A stretch of 64,000 bases of DNA from the human T2T-CHM13v2.0 reference genome, Homo sapiens, in assembly GCF_009914755.1 (NCBI RefSeq), contig NC_060926.1; one strand, given 5' to 3'. Positions within the stretch are counted from its first letter, which is position 1. Every line of letters begins with the position of its first letter. Shown here piece by piece: positions 1-12,642 of the stretch. The position numbers and the translations under genes were made by a program. A model generated the notes under the pieces. It did no database searches and was not told the origin of the DNA. It saw only the letters and a list, made by a program, of their open reading frames with translations.

Positions 1-450
1 TTCGATTATGCTTTTAATCTACATTTTTCTGATTATTAAAGAGGTTAAATACCTTTTCTTCCCCACTTATTACTCATTTGGTTTTATGTGTATTCATGTT
101 ATTTGTTTATTTTTCTATTTTGTTACTTGTTTTTCTTAATGATTTATAAGGGTTTTAAAAATGTGTGTGTGTGTGTGTTTGTGAAACTAACCCTTTATTG
201 GTTAAATGTGTTGCAAATTTTGTCTCAGTTACTTGGAAACTTTTAACTTTATTTATATACCTTTTGATGAACAGAAGCTTTCCAATCCAAAGTAGTTAAA
301 TTTAAGACTTTTGTTCTATGTTACCACTATTCGTTTCTTTTTTGAAGGAGTTCTTCATTACTCAAAACACCTGAGATAGTCTCCTATATTTTTTTTCTAA
401 AAGTTTTAAAGATTTCACATTTAATCCCTTAATACATCTCCAATTGATTT
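1..450 (-). mobile_element. Old L1 (L1M-type) fragment
   Basis: T-rich degenerate sequence resembling the antisense of the L1 ORF2 3' part; contains a short (TG)n at about 162-178. Confidence 0.5.
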
Positions 451-499
451 CTGAGCACGATATGGTCCTCCTATCACTTTTCAATCCACGCATTTTTAA

Positions 500-2380
500 T
501 TGTGTTGCAGTTCTCCTCAAAATTTGTTCTGCTTCAGGTCATGACTGAGCTTCATGTTATCAAAGTCAGTGAGCAATTTCGTGATTTTTTTTGGCAGTAT
601 TTGAGAATCTAGACAACTCTTCCCTTCTTGAAACTGTCTTTCATTTCATCTGTGACATTACTCTCTTGACTTTCCTTTTACCTTTTGCTCTGATCTCTCT
701 AGCTTTCATTGCCTCCTCCATCTGTCCCCATAATGCTGATGTGACCCAGTGCTCCATCTTCAACCACTCCTCTTCTCATATACTTAGTCTTACCCAGTGT
801 CCTTCCCATAACCATTGTTTAGTAGACATCTATATTCTAACGATTCATACATCCATTAACTCAAACCCATGTCTCCAGCTATAATACTAGATCTCTGGAG
901 CCAAATGACTACTTGGCATTGTTGGCAAGATTTCCTAAGGGCATCTCAAAATCAACAACTTTAAAAGAGAATCTTTCTTCTACTCCCCCTCCTTCCAAAA
1001 TCTGCTCCTCTTGCTTCATGACTTACCCCAGATGTTGACACCACCCTCTACTTGGTCAGCAAGTCAGAAATAGAAAGCCATCCTACACTCCTCCCTTGCC
1101 ATCACTGCCCTTCATCCTCTGCATCTCATCAGCCAGTTTGTCATAGAGATTACTTTATATGAGTATCTCTCATGTGTGCAGATTCCTCTTCACTCCCTCT
1201 GCTGCTGCCTTAGTTCAAGGACCCATTATTTTTCTGTTGGGCATTTGCAGTAGCCTTTTAAATTGTCCCCCTGGAGCCAGGCTGTACCTCCAGAATCTAT
1301 CATCTGCACCTTTCAGAGTAATCTTTATAAAATGCAAATCTCATCATAAGACAGGTAGGGTGCTATCCTCATGTATACAATATTCCTACACTTCTCAACG
1401 CTCACACTGCTCCAGGCCACAGTGCCAAGCCCATTACTCTACTCAGAGATGGTCGCCAATCCTCCTGCAGTTACCAACGCAGAATTTCCACTGAGCTGCC
1501 ACCTGTAGATTAAGGCGAATGCTTTGCCACCCACCAGTTGTTACTTTAGTTAGTTCTTAGCCCACCCAGCTACCACCAGAGTATGAATTCTTACCTCAAC
1601 CCCTTTTTCCTTCAGCCAAATAACCACATTTGAAATCCCTTCTTGGCCTTCAGCTATGATCTCTGAATATCTCTTTCCACAACCAAATATTTTGGAAATT
1701 CTAAATTCTTTACCAAATAATATTTATTTGTTGTAGTGTTTCAAGACAAAACATGCAAATCTTGGCTGCTCATTGCTTGACCTAATCCCTAGTAACCTCC
1801 AAGTTAGGTCTCCTACTCCTCCCACTACATTTTACTTCCAAGCCATCTTGTGCTCTTACATGACTCCAAGTACTTTCTATCTTATAATTCCTACCAAAAC
1901 TCTGTCTCCAGCCAAACTCATATCTTGAGCTCCGCATCTAACTCCTACTAGACATCTCCATTTGAATGTGTCCTAAACACTTTGAACTCAAAACTAAATT
2001 CATTATATGCATCTATCTCCAATTATCCTTCTCTTCCTCAAATTACGTAATATCTCATGAAATAGCACTAGTATCTACCCAGTTGCCAAAGGAGCCATTA
2101 TTTCCTCCTATTTGCTTTAAATTAAATCAATCATTGAGTCACCACCTCCCAAATATATCTCAAAACGCCACCCTTACTTTTGTCCTCATGCCACCATCCT
2201 AAATCAAACCATTATACGTCCTTGCCTGATCTATAGTGACAGCCTTCTGATGAATTTCCCTTTCCCCATTTTTTCTTTCTTTTTTTAACATAGTTTCACA
2301 AGGCATGGTAGCAAGGAGTCATTTTCCAGACATGCAAATATGTTCATGTCCCCTGTTAGAATCCCTTGGTAACCTCAGTA
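500..2380 (+). mobile_element. L2 LINE fragments
   Basis: Pyrimidine-rich L2-like motifs: 'actcttcccttcttgaaact', 'ctagacatctccatttgaatgt', 'aaatgcaaatctcatcat'. Confidence 0.6.
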
Positions 2381-3129
2381 CTACTTCCCTAATATGAAGT
2401 AAAATGGGGGTGGGAAGGAGGAGTAGACTTCATGATCCCCAAAGCTCTTATTTTTCTGGGTCAAGAACACAAAAGGATCCAGGAGCCTTTATAAAACAAT
2501 CTTTTACTTCAGGCTAAAGTTGTAGTTACTCGAAAGTATTAGAAGGTCCACAAGGGAGGTATGGAAATTCAAGAGCAGCCCCTTTATTCCATTCTACTAA
2601 CCTCTTCACCGTCAAAATAGCCAGCCTCAAGAATGTTTAGCTCTTGAATATTGTGTCCTCTTTTCCCTTAACAAGTTTTTTTTTGCCCCTTTTTCCTCAT
2701 TCTCAGGGTCATACCTCTTCTCATGTTAGTTGTCAGTTCTGTTAAGTTTTTTCTAGATGGAGATGGAGAAGAGATACAGGGAAAAGCAATCTCACACTGG
2801 CCAACTCTCCTTGAATGGTACCTGCAAGATCGTCAGAATTTTCACAGTGCTGTGGACTTCCATTATCTTTTATTATTTTAAGAGTGTCTGTCTCTTTTCT
2901 TTGTCCTAGTTGGAATATACTTGATTCCAGAAGAAGGAGAAGAAAACACTTGTGTTCTTAAAAAACATAAAAATAGTATCCATTTTTAAAATAGTTTATA
3001 ACTGGCCTTGTGTAATTATTAATATTTACCTATTCTGTCTCATCTTTCCCCATACTGCTACTAACATTTGATGCATTATAGCAGATGCTCGCTCCTCTTC
3101 CATGTCTGGTCAGTTTTCACCATTTCTGT

Positions 3130-3550
3130 ACAGGCTGACATAGTCATAGTGTAAACACCTGTGACTATGCCCGATCACCTTCTCTAGTTACGAGAGTATG
3201 CCTGGCTAGCATGTAGGGCAGGCCAGACATGCTGGGGGGTTAGCATACTCAGGAGCAGCAATTGACAAACCATGAATGGGAATTTGTAAATAAACTTCCA
3301 GTTTCCTCACACTTTGAGGGGAACAATTTTGAAGAATGCTCTGCACAGTCTTTCAGAGGTCTCTGGTGGGATTAGGTACTAGTTTCCTAAGTTGTAATTT
3401 TCTCTGTTAATGTACCCTGTGTTGACTTTGTTATCTTCTGTCTTTCTTCCTCCCTTACCTACAAAAGTTTTTGCAGACCCACCTCTCAAACTGCTTTCAC
3501 TCAAATCTTTTATCTCAAGTTCTGCTTTTGAAAGAACCGAACTTAAGACA
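3130..3550 (+). mobile_element. LTR16-family ERVL LTR (5' LTR of a decayed provirus)
   Basis: Ends in 'aaatcttttatctcaagttctgcttttgaaagaaccgaacttaagaca', typical of the LTR16 3' terminus. Shares 'tgctctgcacagtctttcagag' with the copy near 8190 ('tgctctacacagtcttccagag'). Confidence 0.7.
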
Positions 3551-4904
3551 ATTAGTGCTAAAATAGACCTAAAAAACAAAACTTCGGACTGTATTTTTGA
3601 ACTGATTATTCACCAGTCGGATAGCAACAGGTCCCATTGCTGGTAACACATGGGCTGGTGATAAGTTGCAGCATGCTGTAGGTAATAGCATCACTATTAC
3701 TAAGCAAATTCTTAGATTTCATCTTTGATGAACTGGGATCAGGTAGAAGTAAGAAGGCAACACATGATCTTAAAGTCTGTGAAATTGGTTGGGTATGGTT
3801 AACAGCCATTAAACCCCCGACGGAAGAAAATGACACTCTTAGGTCAACAATTGTCAACAGGACTGGGGGTGACAGTCAGAATGTCTTCATGGCAATATTA
3901 AAAAAAAAATCTTTATCACTTGTTGCCAGGGAGCACACATTGCTTTAAATCAGCCCCAAAATTTGATTGGAGGGGTGAAAGAGTTACGAAGGAGGCTGAA
4001 TTAAAAGCCTCTGTCAGGAAAGGAATTAGATTATATGATGTAGGATGCAGACATCTGAGTAAATATGTTTGAGAATTTTGAACCTCTAGAATCCTGTGGG
4101 ATGCCAAAAGTGACTTCACTTGTTATAGGAGGGCAGGCTCCTATTGCCTGAAGTCTATGAAAAACTCTCCCCTGCTGTAAGGCAAAGGATTTGCAAGAGA
4201 ATGCTCATTTCTCAGGAGCTGTATTTGCCTCAACTCACCGTTTCTGGACAAGCAATTAGGGTCACATCTCAGTATCATCAGAGCAGGGAAATACTGTTCC
4301 TACCACAGGAGCAAAGCAAGTATTCACCAAAAGAATGGGAGGATCTGGCTAAAGCAGGAACTAGGAGAATATACCTGGGATGGATATTGAGGGTAATGAT
4401 GGGAATTGGGGGAAGGATAAGCTGAATAATAGAGACCTCTTCTGTGCCTCTAGTTTAATATCCTGATAAGAGTGCCTGGAGACAGTGTAAATATTGCACC
4501 ACAATGTCTGTTTGAAGCTAAGAAATAACAATGGCCTATAGTAAATGAAGTAGAGTTGCTAAAACAGTCTTGATAAAGTACTGAGGAGGATGTCAAAGGT
4601 CTTAAAGATGTGCGTATGCTGGGATGAATTTACTGCATAACATGAGAAAGCCCAGCAGTTTTCTGTGTTCCCCTCTGAGGGCAGAAGTAGAGCAGAAGAC
4701 ACTCTTTTCATTGAAACAGTAGTGAATAGGAAATGCGGTAGTGAATGGGGCAGCAGCATCATTGAAAAGCTCACGGATGGCTGTTCTCTATTGCACAGTG
4801 TTTACAAAGGAAGGAGATATTGCAATGGATCTGGACTGAGTGTCCATGGAGACATTAGGATTCTGTAATAGCAAGTCAGATATTGACAGTTACAGTGAAT
4901 AACA

Positions 4905-5274
4905 TCAAGGCTGTTTTCATGCTGCTGATAAAGACATACCCAGGACTGGGCAATTTACAAATGAAAGATGTTTAATGGAAAACTCACAGTTTCACATGGC
5001 TAGGGAAGCCTCACAATCACGGGGGAAGGCAAGGAGGGGAAAGTTACATCTTACATGGATGGTGGCAGGCAAAGAGAGAGCTTGTGCAGGTAAACTCCCA
5101 TTTTTAAAGCCATCAGATGTTGTGAGATGTATTCACTATCACAGAACAGCACAAAAAAGACCCACCCCCATGATTCAATTCAATTATCTCCCACTGGGCC
5201 CCTCTGACAACATGTGGGAATTATGGGTGCTACAAGATGAGATTTGGGTGGGGACACGGAGTCAAATCATATCA
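4905..5274 (-). mobile_element. THE1 (MaLR) solo LTR
   Basis: 'gctgctgataaagacataccc...gagatttgggtggggacac...aatcatatca' is the reverse complement of the THE1 consensus. Confidence 0.9.
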
Positions 5275-5703
5275 ACAACCATGGGGCTTGACCTACAGAT
5301 ATTTGAGGTAATGGCAAATCGATTATTGGTGTTTCTAGGGAGGACATTAATGGTTAGCCAATGAGTATGTAACATGATCACAACAACAACAAAAAGATCT
5401 AGAACTGGTAAGGGAAAAGCTAATGTCAATTACTGCAATGGAAGATTATAATCTCTCATGCAGTTTCTATGATTGAGTCAGTTTTCAGACACAGGACTCC
5501 TTAAATGAATGACATGATTGTTGCACTTAAGAAGGACTCCAGAAGGTTACAGCAAATATATACCATAGCCATCACCCTAATTCTTTCTCACAATGACCTA
5601 AGGCCATTTACTAAAGTCTCTATAAGTTTCGGAAAGGAAAATACTTAAATTTTATGAGAGCCACTGAATACAAGGTCTAAACTGATACTGATAAGAGGTA
5701 ACC

Positions 5704-6063
5704 TGACATGGTTTTCCTGGGTCCCCACCCAAATCTCATCTTGAATTGTAGTTCCCATAATCCCCATGTTTCACAGGAGGAACCCAGTGGGAGATAATTG
5801 AATCATGGGGGTGGTTACCCTCATACTGTTCTCGTGATAGTGAGTTCTCACAAGATCTGACAGTTTCATAAGGGGATTTTCCCCTTTTGCTTGGCCCTTC
5901 TCCTTGATGCTGCCATGGGAAGAAGGACGTGTTTGCTTCCCTTCTCACCATGATTGTAAGTTTCCTGAGGCCTTTCCAGCCATGCTGAATTAAACCCCTT
6001 TCCTTTATAAATTATCCAATCTTGAGTATGTCTTTATTAGCAGCATGAAAATAGACTAATACA
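5704..6063 (+). mobile_element. THE1 (THE1D-like) solo LTR
   Basis: 'tgacatggttt...ccccacccaaatctcatcttgaattgtagttccc...agactaataca'. Confidence 0.9.
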
Positions 6064-7974
6064 GGACCCAACATGCCTTCATGGTCCCCTGTTAAAGTGA
6101 AAGCATACAGAGGTCAGGCAATAAATAAGTCCTGGTCAAAGTCCATCTCACTGTGAGCCCATTGACCCTGTGATCATTTACTAGAACCTTGTGTGCATAA
6201 TCTTTTTGGATATATTTGCTTGCTGGCAGAATCCTCACAATAGTTCCCTGACATATGGAGTTAGAGCCATTTTGGATAATAAAGGCCTAGTGAAAACGCT
6301 TGAAACTATTCATGCCCCAGGTCAAGATAGTAAATTAAAAGCAATATTACATTCTGGACAGAATAGCAAAGAATTGTAGCACTCTCAAAGATTAAACAAT
6401 GCAGACATAATGGTGCTCACCTTATCTCCATTTAATTCACTGGCATTAGCCTACACAACCAGATGGACGTAAGAAGGTCTGAAGGTAAAAGACTGAACTG
6501 CAGACATTTAGTCAGATGAAGTGTCTTAACTAAAACAGATCAGCATGGGCTCTAGAACTTAATATGAGATTACTCATCTAGAGATAGCATTCTTTTCCAT
6601 CTCCATCAAAAAAAGAGGGACTAAGAGCAGTTTGCTTTTACCTGGGGTGGATATCAGTACATATTTACAGTTTTGCTTCTAGCTAAGGGAATTCTTCTGC
6701 CCTCTGTCATAATATAGTTCTGGATAATCTTAAAATTTTCATAAACATCGCACTTCTGCATCATATTGATATTGCTGGAGAGCAAGAAATGCAAATATAT
6801 GTGCCACTAGTAATATCCATATGTACGCTGGTGACAACCCCAAAAATTAATCAAAATCCTGCCATATTGGTAAAGTTTTAGAGGTTTATTGCCTGGAGGA
6901 ATGCTTGGATATACCCTCAAAGTTACAGGACAAATTCACATACCTTGCCCCTTCTGCCACTAAGAAAAAAAGCATAACCCTTAATAGACCTCCTTATAGT
7001 TTAGATATAGCATATACTATACTTGGAACTACTGTTTTTACACATTTATAGGGTAATACTGACAGTTCCCAAATTTGTTAAAGACTAGATAAAGAAAGGA
7101 CTCTGCAGCAGATTAAAGATCTGCCATTTGGCCATCTGACCCATCAAATTTCATTTTGGTAGAGATATATAAGGCAAATGAAACTGTTTGGCGGAATCTA
7201 AGATTTCTGAGCAAGGCCATCTCATATGCAGAAGAAAACAAATAAAAGAGAAATTCTGGCAAGCTACCAGTAGAAACTAGTTGCATGGGCCCTGGTAGAT
7301 GCTAAATGCAAGGCCATGAGATATCAATTGACAATGAAACTGAAAATGCCCATCAGGAAATAGCCACCTTCAGATCCTTCCCTTTCTATCCTAAAACAGT
7401 AAAAATTCAGAGTACAGTGGAAATGGGGATTGTGTTCTAAAAGGTCCAGATCAGATAAGTTAATGTGAAGAGGTGGCCCAGACCCCTCTTCACCCCAAGT
7501 CATCAACCTTTCTTCTTCAGGTCACACATATAGTCCCATGGTGCATTCCTATATCCTGATAGGTTTGTTCTATATGTTGGGGCAAGACATTAATCAGGTG
7601 ACTGCTCTTGCACTACAGCCCAACTCATGGGTGGCCATGAAAGATGATGGCAAGGGCAAACTGGACAGTACACCTGGTCATCAGCTTCCTGTGAAGGGAG
7701 AACTAAAAGTTCAGACCACTTAGGGATGAAAAGATGATGTTCTGCGTAATCTCACCAGGCAAACAATTTAGATCAGTGAAAGTGTTGACAAGGTGAGGGA
7801 AATCCAGAATGATTGGTAGAAAACACAAATGATATGTTTCAAATTTGGCCTTGGAACCAGTTAGAGCAACAGAGATAATAGCTCATCTCATTATCAATCC
7901 CATTATATTTTATTAGATTGTGACCAACCACCTAGCCACTGACAAAACAAAAGACTCTGTATGGGACACTATAC

Positions 7975-8375
7975 CTGAATACATTTTACTGCAAGCACCG
8001 TGACTCTGCATGAGAGCTTTCTCTGGCTACAGGAGCTTGCAAACCTACACTCACCCTACATGCTGGCAAACCTGGAAATGTTGTGGAGTTGACATCTTTA
8101 AGAACGATCTTCAATCAATTATAGTTTGGATTTGATAGATAAATATCCTGGCTTCTTCACCCCTCAGATATAAAAATTCCGAGGCATGCTCTACACAGTC
8201 TTCCAGAGTTCCACAGTGGGACTGATCCCCCATTGTTCAAATAAGTGACCTGGTCATTAATGCATTCCATATTGGGTTTCCTACTTTCTTAATCTTTTTT
8301 TCCACTCTTCCCTAATCACCTTCCAAATGAACTACTTTCACTTCCTTAGAAAGAGGGATCCTTATCCCAGGACAA
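7975..8375 (+). mobile_element. LTR16-family LTR (3' LTR of the same provirus)
   Basis: Similar to 3130-3550 ('cacc[t]gtgact', 'gataaatatcctggcttcttcacccctc', 'catgctctacacagtcttccagag'), same orientation, flanking the internal region. Confidence 0.65.
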
Positions 8376-9379
8376 ATTAGATTCTGGAAATGTGTATTCT
8401 TATCACTTTCTATATGTCCCTTGTCATAGCACCACATTTATTGTTATCACTTGTCATTTTCCAATTGACTATAAGTATTAAGAAGACAGGGATGATTTCT
8501 ATCCTGCTCACAACAAATAGCAAATGTCTAGCACAGCTTAAATATAGTATAAACCCAACAAATATTTGTTGAATGAAATCACTTGCAAACTAAACTTATC
8601 ACAATGGCTTCCTTCCATCTCAGTGTAGAATAGAAAACCCAGTTGTCTTCTCATCTCCAGCCATCTTGCTAGATGTACATTTTATTTTATTTATTAAATT
8701 GCAGTTCTCTGCACAAATCGTATTGTCATATTGCCAAGGCTTTGCCCATTTGTTTCTTCTGCTGTTATAGTATTTCCCTCCTATCTTATTCCTACCAATC
8801 CTTCAAGTCTCAATTAAAGTATAACCGTCTCTGGAAATCCTTCCTTAATACCTCAGTAATATTTAGAGGTCTCTCTGTTCCCAAAGAACCTTGAGCATAA
8901 TTCTATTATAATTCTTTCTAACATTTTAAAACAATTGAAACTTATTTTTCTTTCCCCCCAAACCCATAAGCTGCTCAAGAAATGAATCTGCAGGTGTTTT
9001 ATTTTTATGAAGTGCCTAGTACAGTGTCTGGGGGAAAATTATGTGCTCAACAAGTATTTTCTGGCTGAAGATGAACATGAAGTATTAATATTATTAAGAA
9101 CTAGTGACGTTTAGCCTGGAAAGAAGTCTTACGGAATGCAGGGTATTTGTCTCAAGTATTCAAGGGCTACCTACAGGAATAAGCATTAAAAACTTCGGTG
9201 TTTTTCTCAATGGATTATGGTTAATTGCTTTCTGAGTTTGCAGAATTAGATGCTTGGGAATGTAAAACAAAATGCTTATTGGTTGCAACAGCTGCTGATG
9301 TGTGTAGTTTCTTATATCAATTACCAAATATTGCTGTTGGCAGTTGTTAGCAGTTTGATATGTATCTGTACTTGTTAAT

Positions 9380-9595
9380 AGCAAAGGCTTTGGGATCTAG
9401 CTGCCTGGGTTCAAATACCAATCCTGCTTTTTAATAGCTACACAACCTTGGGAAATTCAAAGTAATATTTCAATGCCTCAGTTTTCACATCTGTAAAGTG
9501 GGTTTAATAAAAGTATCTACTTTACAGGGTTGTGAGGGTTAAATAAATTATCATATGTAAAACATTTAAAACAATACGTGCTACACAGATGATCG
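9380..9595 (+). mobile_element. MIR SINE
   Basis: 'ctgcctgggttcaaatacc...gcctcagttttcacatctgtaaagtggg...gggttgtgagggttaaat' matches the MIR core. Confidence 0.85.
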
Positions 9596-10158
9596 TTATA
9601 ATACAGCCATTTTATTCAACCCACTAGGCCAAAGCAGGTCCAACGAATGAAAGTATTAGCATATTTGGATTCAATATGAAAATGACTTTTGACAATTTGT
9701 GCTATCCAACAGTGAAACTAGCTGTCTCACAATAGTAAACATTATACTACTGGAAGTCAAACCATCCAACCAAGCAGTGGTTATCTACACTGGAATGTAG
9801 TCGAGATTTTTAAAAAATTCTAATATATTCTGATTCCATGACTACTCCAGCACCACATTGTGATAGCACATGCCAATATGTACATCATGTCTTTATTTAA
9901 CCACATCAAAACCCTTAAAATTTAAACTTTTTTTCCCTTCCAGAAGTAGGAAACTAAAAGAAATGAAAGAGAATGAAAACTTTGACCTTTAACACTTTCT
10001 TTAGCATCTCCTCCAACTAGATAACAAACAATTATTCAGCTGAAGAAGACATTAGTAAAGGCTTGCTAGAACCTTAACACTTAGAACACACGCACAAACT
10101 TTCTTACTGCCAATATTATTCCTCAGCTGAGACCATTCCTGAGCTTCATGATCTAGAT

Positions 10159-10491
10159 CGGGGTCCACAACCACCAGGCCATGGTACCAGTACTGGTCAG
10201 TGGCCTGTTAGGAACTGGGCCACACAGCAGGAGGTGAGTGGCAGGCAAGCAAACATTATCATCTGGCTCTGCCTTCTTCAGATCAGCAGTTGTATTAGAT
10301 TCTCATAGGAGTGCAAACCCTATTGTCAACTGTGCACATGAGGGATATAGGTTGTGCGCTCCTTATGAGAATCTAACTAATGCCTGATGATCTGAAGTGG
10401 AATAATTTCATCCTGAAACCATCCCGCAACCCTGGCCATGGAAAAATTGAACGAAACCAGTCCCTGGTATCAAAAAGGTTGGGGACCACTG
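10159..10491 (+). mobile_element. MER1B (hAT-Charlie non-autonomous DNA transposon)
   Basis: Terminal inverted repeats 'cggggtccacaacc' and 'ggttggggaccactg'; 8-bp TSD atctagat/gtctggat. Confidence 0.88.
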
Positions 10492-11329
10492 GTCTGGATG
10501 ACACATACTGGAGGGTCATAATATTGCCACTTAGACTTCCATGGGCACAGGTGGAGAGATGCTGGAGAAAAGGAAGTTTTAAAGCCATAAGAAGGCATAA
10601 CAAAGTCCTAAATTCTCATTCATTTCACAAGAGCCTGTCTGCCCCATAAAGAAAAACTAAACAACATTTCACTAAGGCTAACCCCTGAAGTTTGGTCTGG
10701 AAACAAGCACTATTTTTTCCAATTCTCCATGTTATCCAGCACCCCATCCCCCACGGCCATCACTCTCTTTCCCAGATAATAATGTATCTAACCATGGACA
10801 CATAGAAACTCTCACAGAAACAACCTGTATTTTTTTCCCTGACAAAACCATTATATTAGATTGTATTCCTTGTTTCACCACCATTTTTATTCCTTCCAGC
10901 AGTGTTTTAGGTTGCATAAATCCAAGATTTAGAAAAAGAAATTGATACAGATATGAATTGAATCACTCAAACAGAAGGGTCACATTGAAAGTTCTCTAAT
11001 GACATTAGTCCAATAACTGGAATTCAACAATGAAGTTTCTAAAAACAAAAGTATAGGTCTTCGCATGTTTTTCTCAAGTATTCTTTAAATGGAAACTGCG
11101 TGGAAATGTAAAACCTCAATCACCACAGAATTAGTCTCTCCCAAAAGCACTGAGACAAGTTGTAGCCCTAAAACAACAGCTTTATTCATTGTACTTTTTA
11201 AAAAATTGTCATCATACTCTCCTGTCTTTTGTCATGTACTCATTAAAAGTGACTCCTTAAAAAACACTATTTAGAGTTTCTGTTTGGAACTTTTAAGCAC
11301 TATTATTGCCCTGTTGGAAAACTGCCCTA

Positions 11330-11610
11330 AAACTTCCAGGTAAGGAAGCCAATCTACTCTACTGAAGCAGCAGAAGACAGGGAGACCTGATGTGACCCAG
11401 CTGACAGCCAACACCAACATGATAATGAGGCCACCTTGGACAGTCCAGCTAACTAGCTAGTAGAATGCAGCTGCCTGAATGAGCCAAGAAGGCAAATCAG
11501 CAGACAAACCACCCTGCCAACCCATGGAACCATGATAAATAATAAATTTGTTTGTTTTCACAAAGGAAGTGTGGGGATGATTTGTTACACAGCTGTAGAT
11601 AACTGGTGTA
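11330..11610 (+). mobile_element. MLT1 (MaLR) LTR fragment
   Basis: 3' end 'aataaatttgtttgttt...ggggatgatttgttacacagctgtagataactg'. Confidence 0.7.
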
Positions 11611-12599
11611 TCTTACATGAAAGTCCCATTTCCTCCAGGTGGTTCTGGTTTTCTGCTATATCTGGAATAGTAGCTTATGCTTCTCACCTCTCTAGTTCTG
11701 GAGAAAATGAGAATACAAGAGTCTGAACCTGGATTGATCCATAGTTGTTAACTTTTACAGGCCTACCCTATGCTACCAAGACATGTACTCTATATTTTGA
11801 GTTTTGAATCTTGAATGTGAATCATTCTTGGTCATTAGAAAAGGCCTATTTTGGTTGTTCAGGAATAAACTTCTGTCTTCTGATTTTTCTTTACCTGTAA
11901 TTTTATTCAAAATGTAGGATGATGAATTCCCATGGACAGCTAGCAAATTATCTGATGTGGGAAGCAGGTTCAGGATTTCTGAACGGTGAGTCCCAGTCTA
12001 TTGTTTTCATCTAATGATAGCCTTGTGGTCTATTTTCATCTTTCTGGCCCTTGCCTCAGAAGAAGGAGCCATCCTGGCAAAATGCCTTTGCAGCTTTTTG
12101 GAAGTGATACAATCTGAACATGGCCATAAGTGTAAACAACGAATATTAGGGTCTCAGTGTTAAATATTTTCCCCACTCTCTGATGGTCATGATATGTTCA
12201 AAAAGGAAGGGATGGGTCATTATGGCTGGTGGTAAGTGACAATTTTAGGATTTATTTGTTCTGTCTACCTAGAAACTGCTTCAGAAAAAAACAGTCAAGG
12301 ATTTTGTAAGCACAGAAGTGCTGTTTTGTTATAGTCAATTCAAAAAAGAAAGATAACGATGTGGTCTAGTGGTTTACACATGTATTTCAGTGTCAGCAAC
12401 TCTCATCCAACTGTAATCTCATCCAACTGTCTTTCTGGCTGACTCAGATTACTTAAGAAAAATTACCTAACTTCTCTCTGTCTCATTTTTCCTACCTATA
12501 CAATGAAATAAACCACCCTTATAGCACAGAAAGAATTTTTTAAAAATTTAACTGATATTTATAAATACCCAGGAAATATATGCTATGGTGATCCAAAAT

Positions 12600-12600
12600 A

Positions 12601-12640
<40 letters not shown>
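12600..12640 (+). repeat. (CA)n microsatellite
   Basis: About 20 CA units read directly, with one interruption. Confidence 0.95.

Positions 12641-12642
<2 letters not shown>

Larger units (their letters stand above)
3551..7970 (+). mobile_element. Decayed ERVL internal region (ERV3-16A3/HERV16-like gag-pol remnants)
   Basis: Gag-like remnant around 4330-4420 (..GWILRV..). RT remnants at about 6420-6775: SPFNS, QFAFTWGGYQYIFTVL, NSSALCHNIV. Many stops and frameshifts; interrupted by two THE1 LTRs. Confidence 0.75.

Noticed and set aside
12401-12430. 16-bp tandem duplication tctcatccaactgt(aa); similarly a 17-bp duplication at 36160-36193
   Set aside because: Common slippage-type micro-duplications with no further structure.
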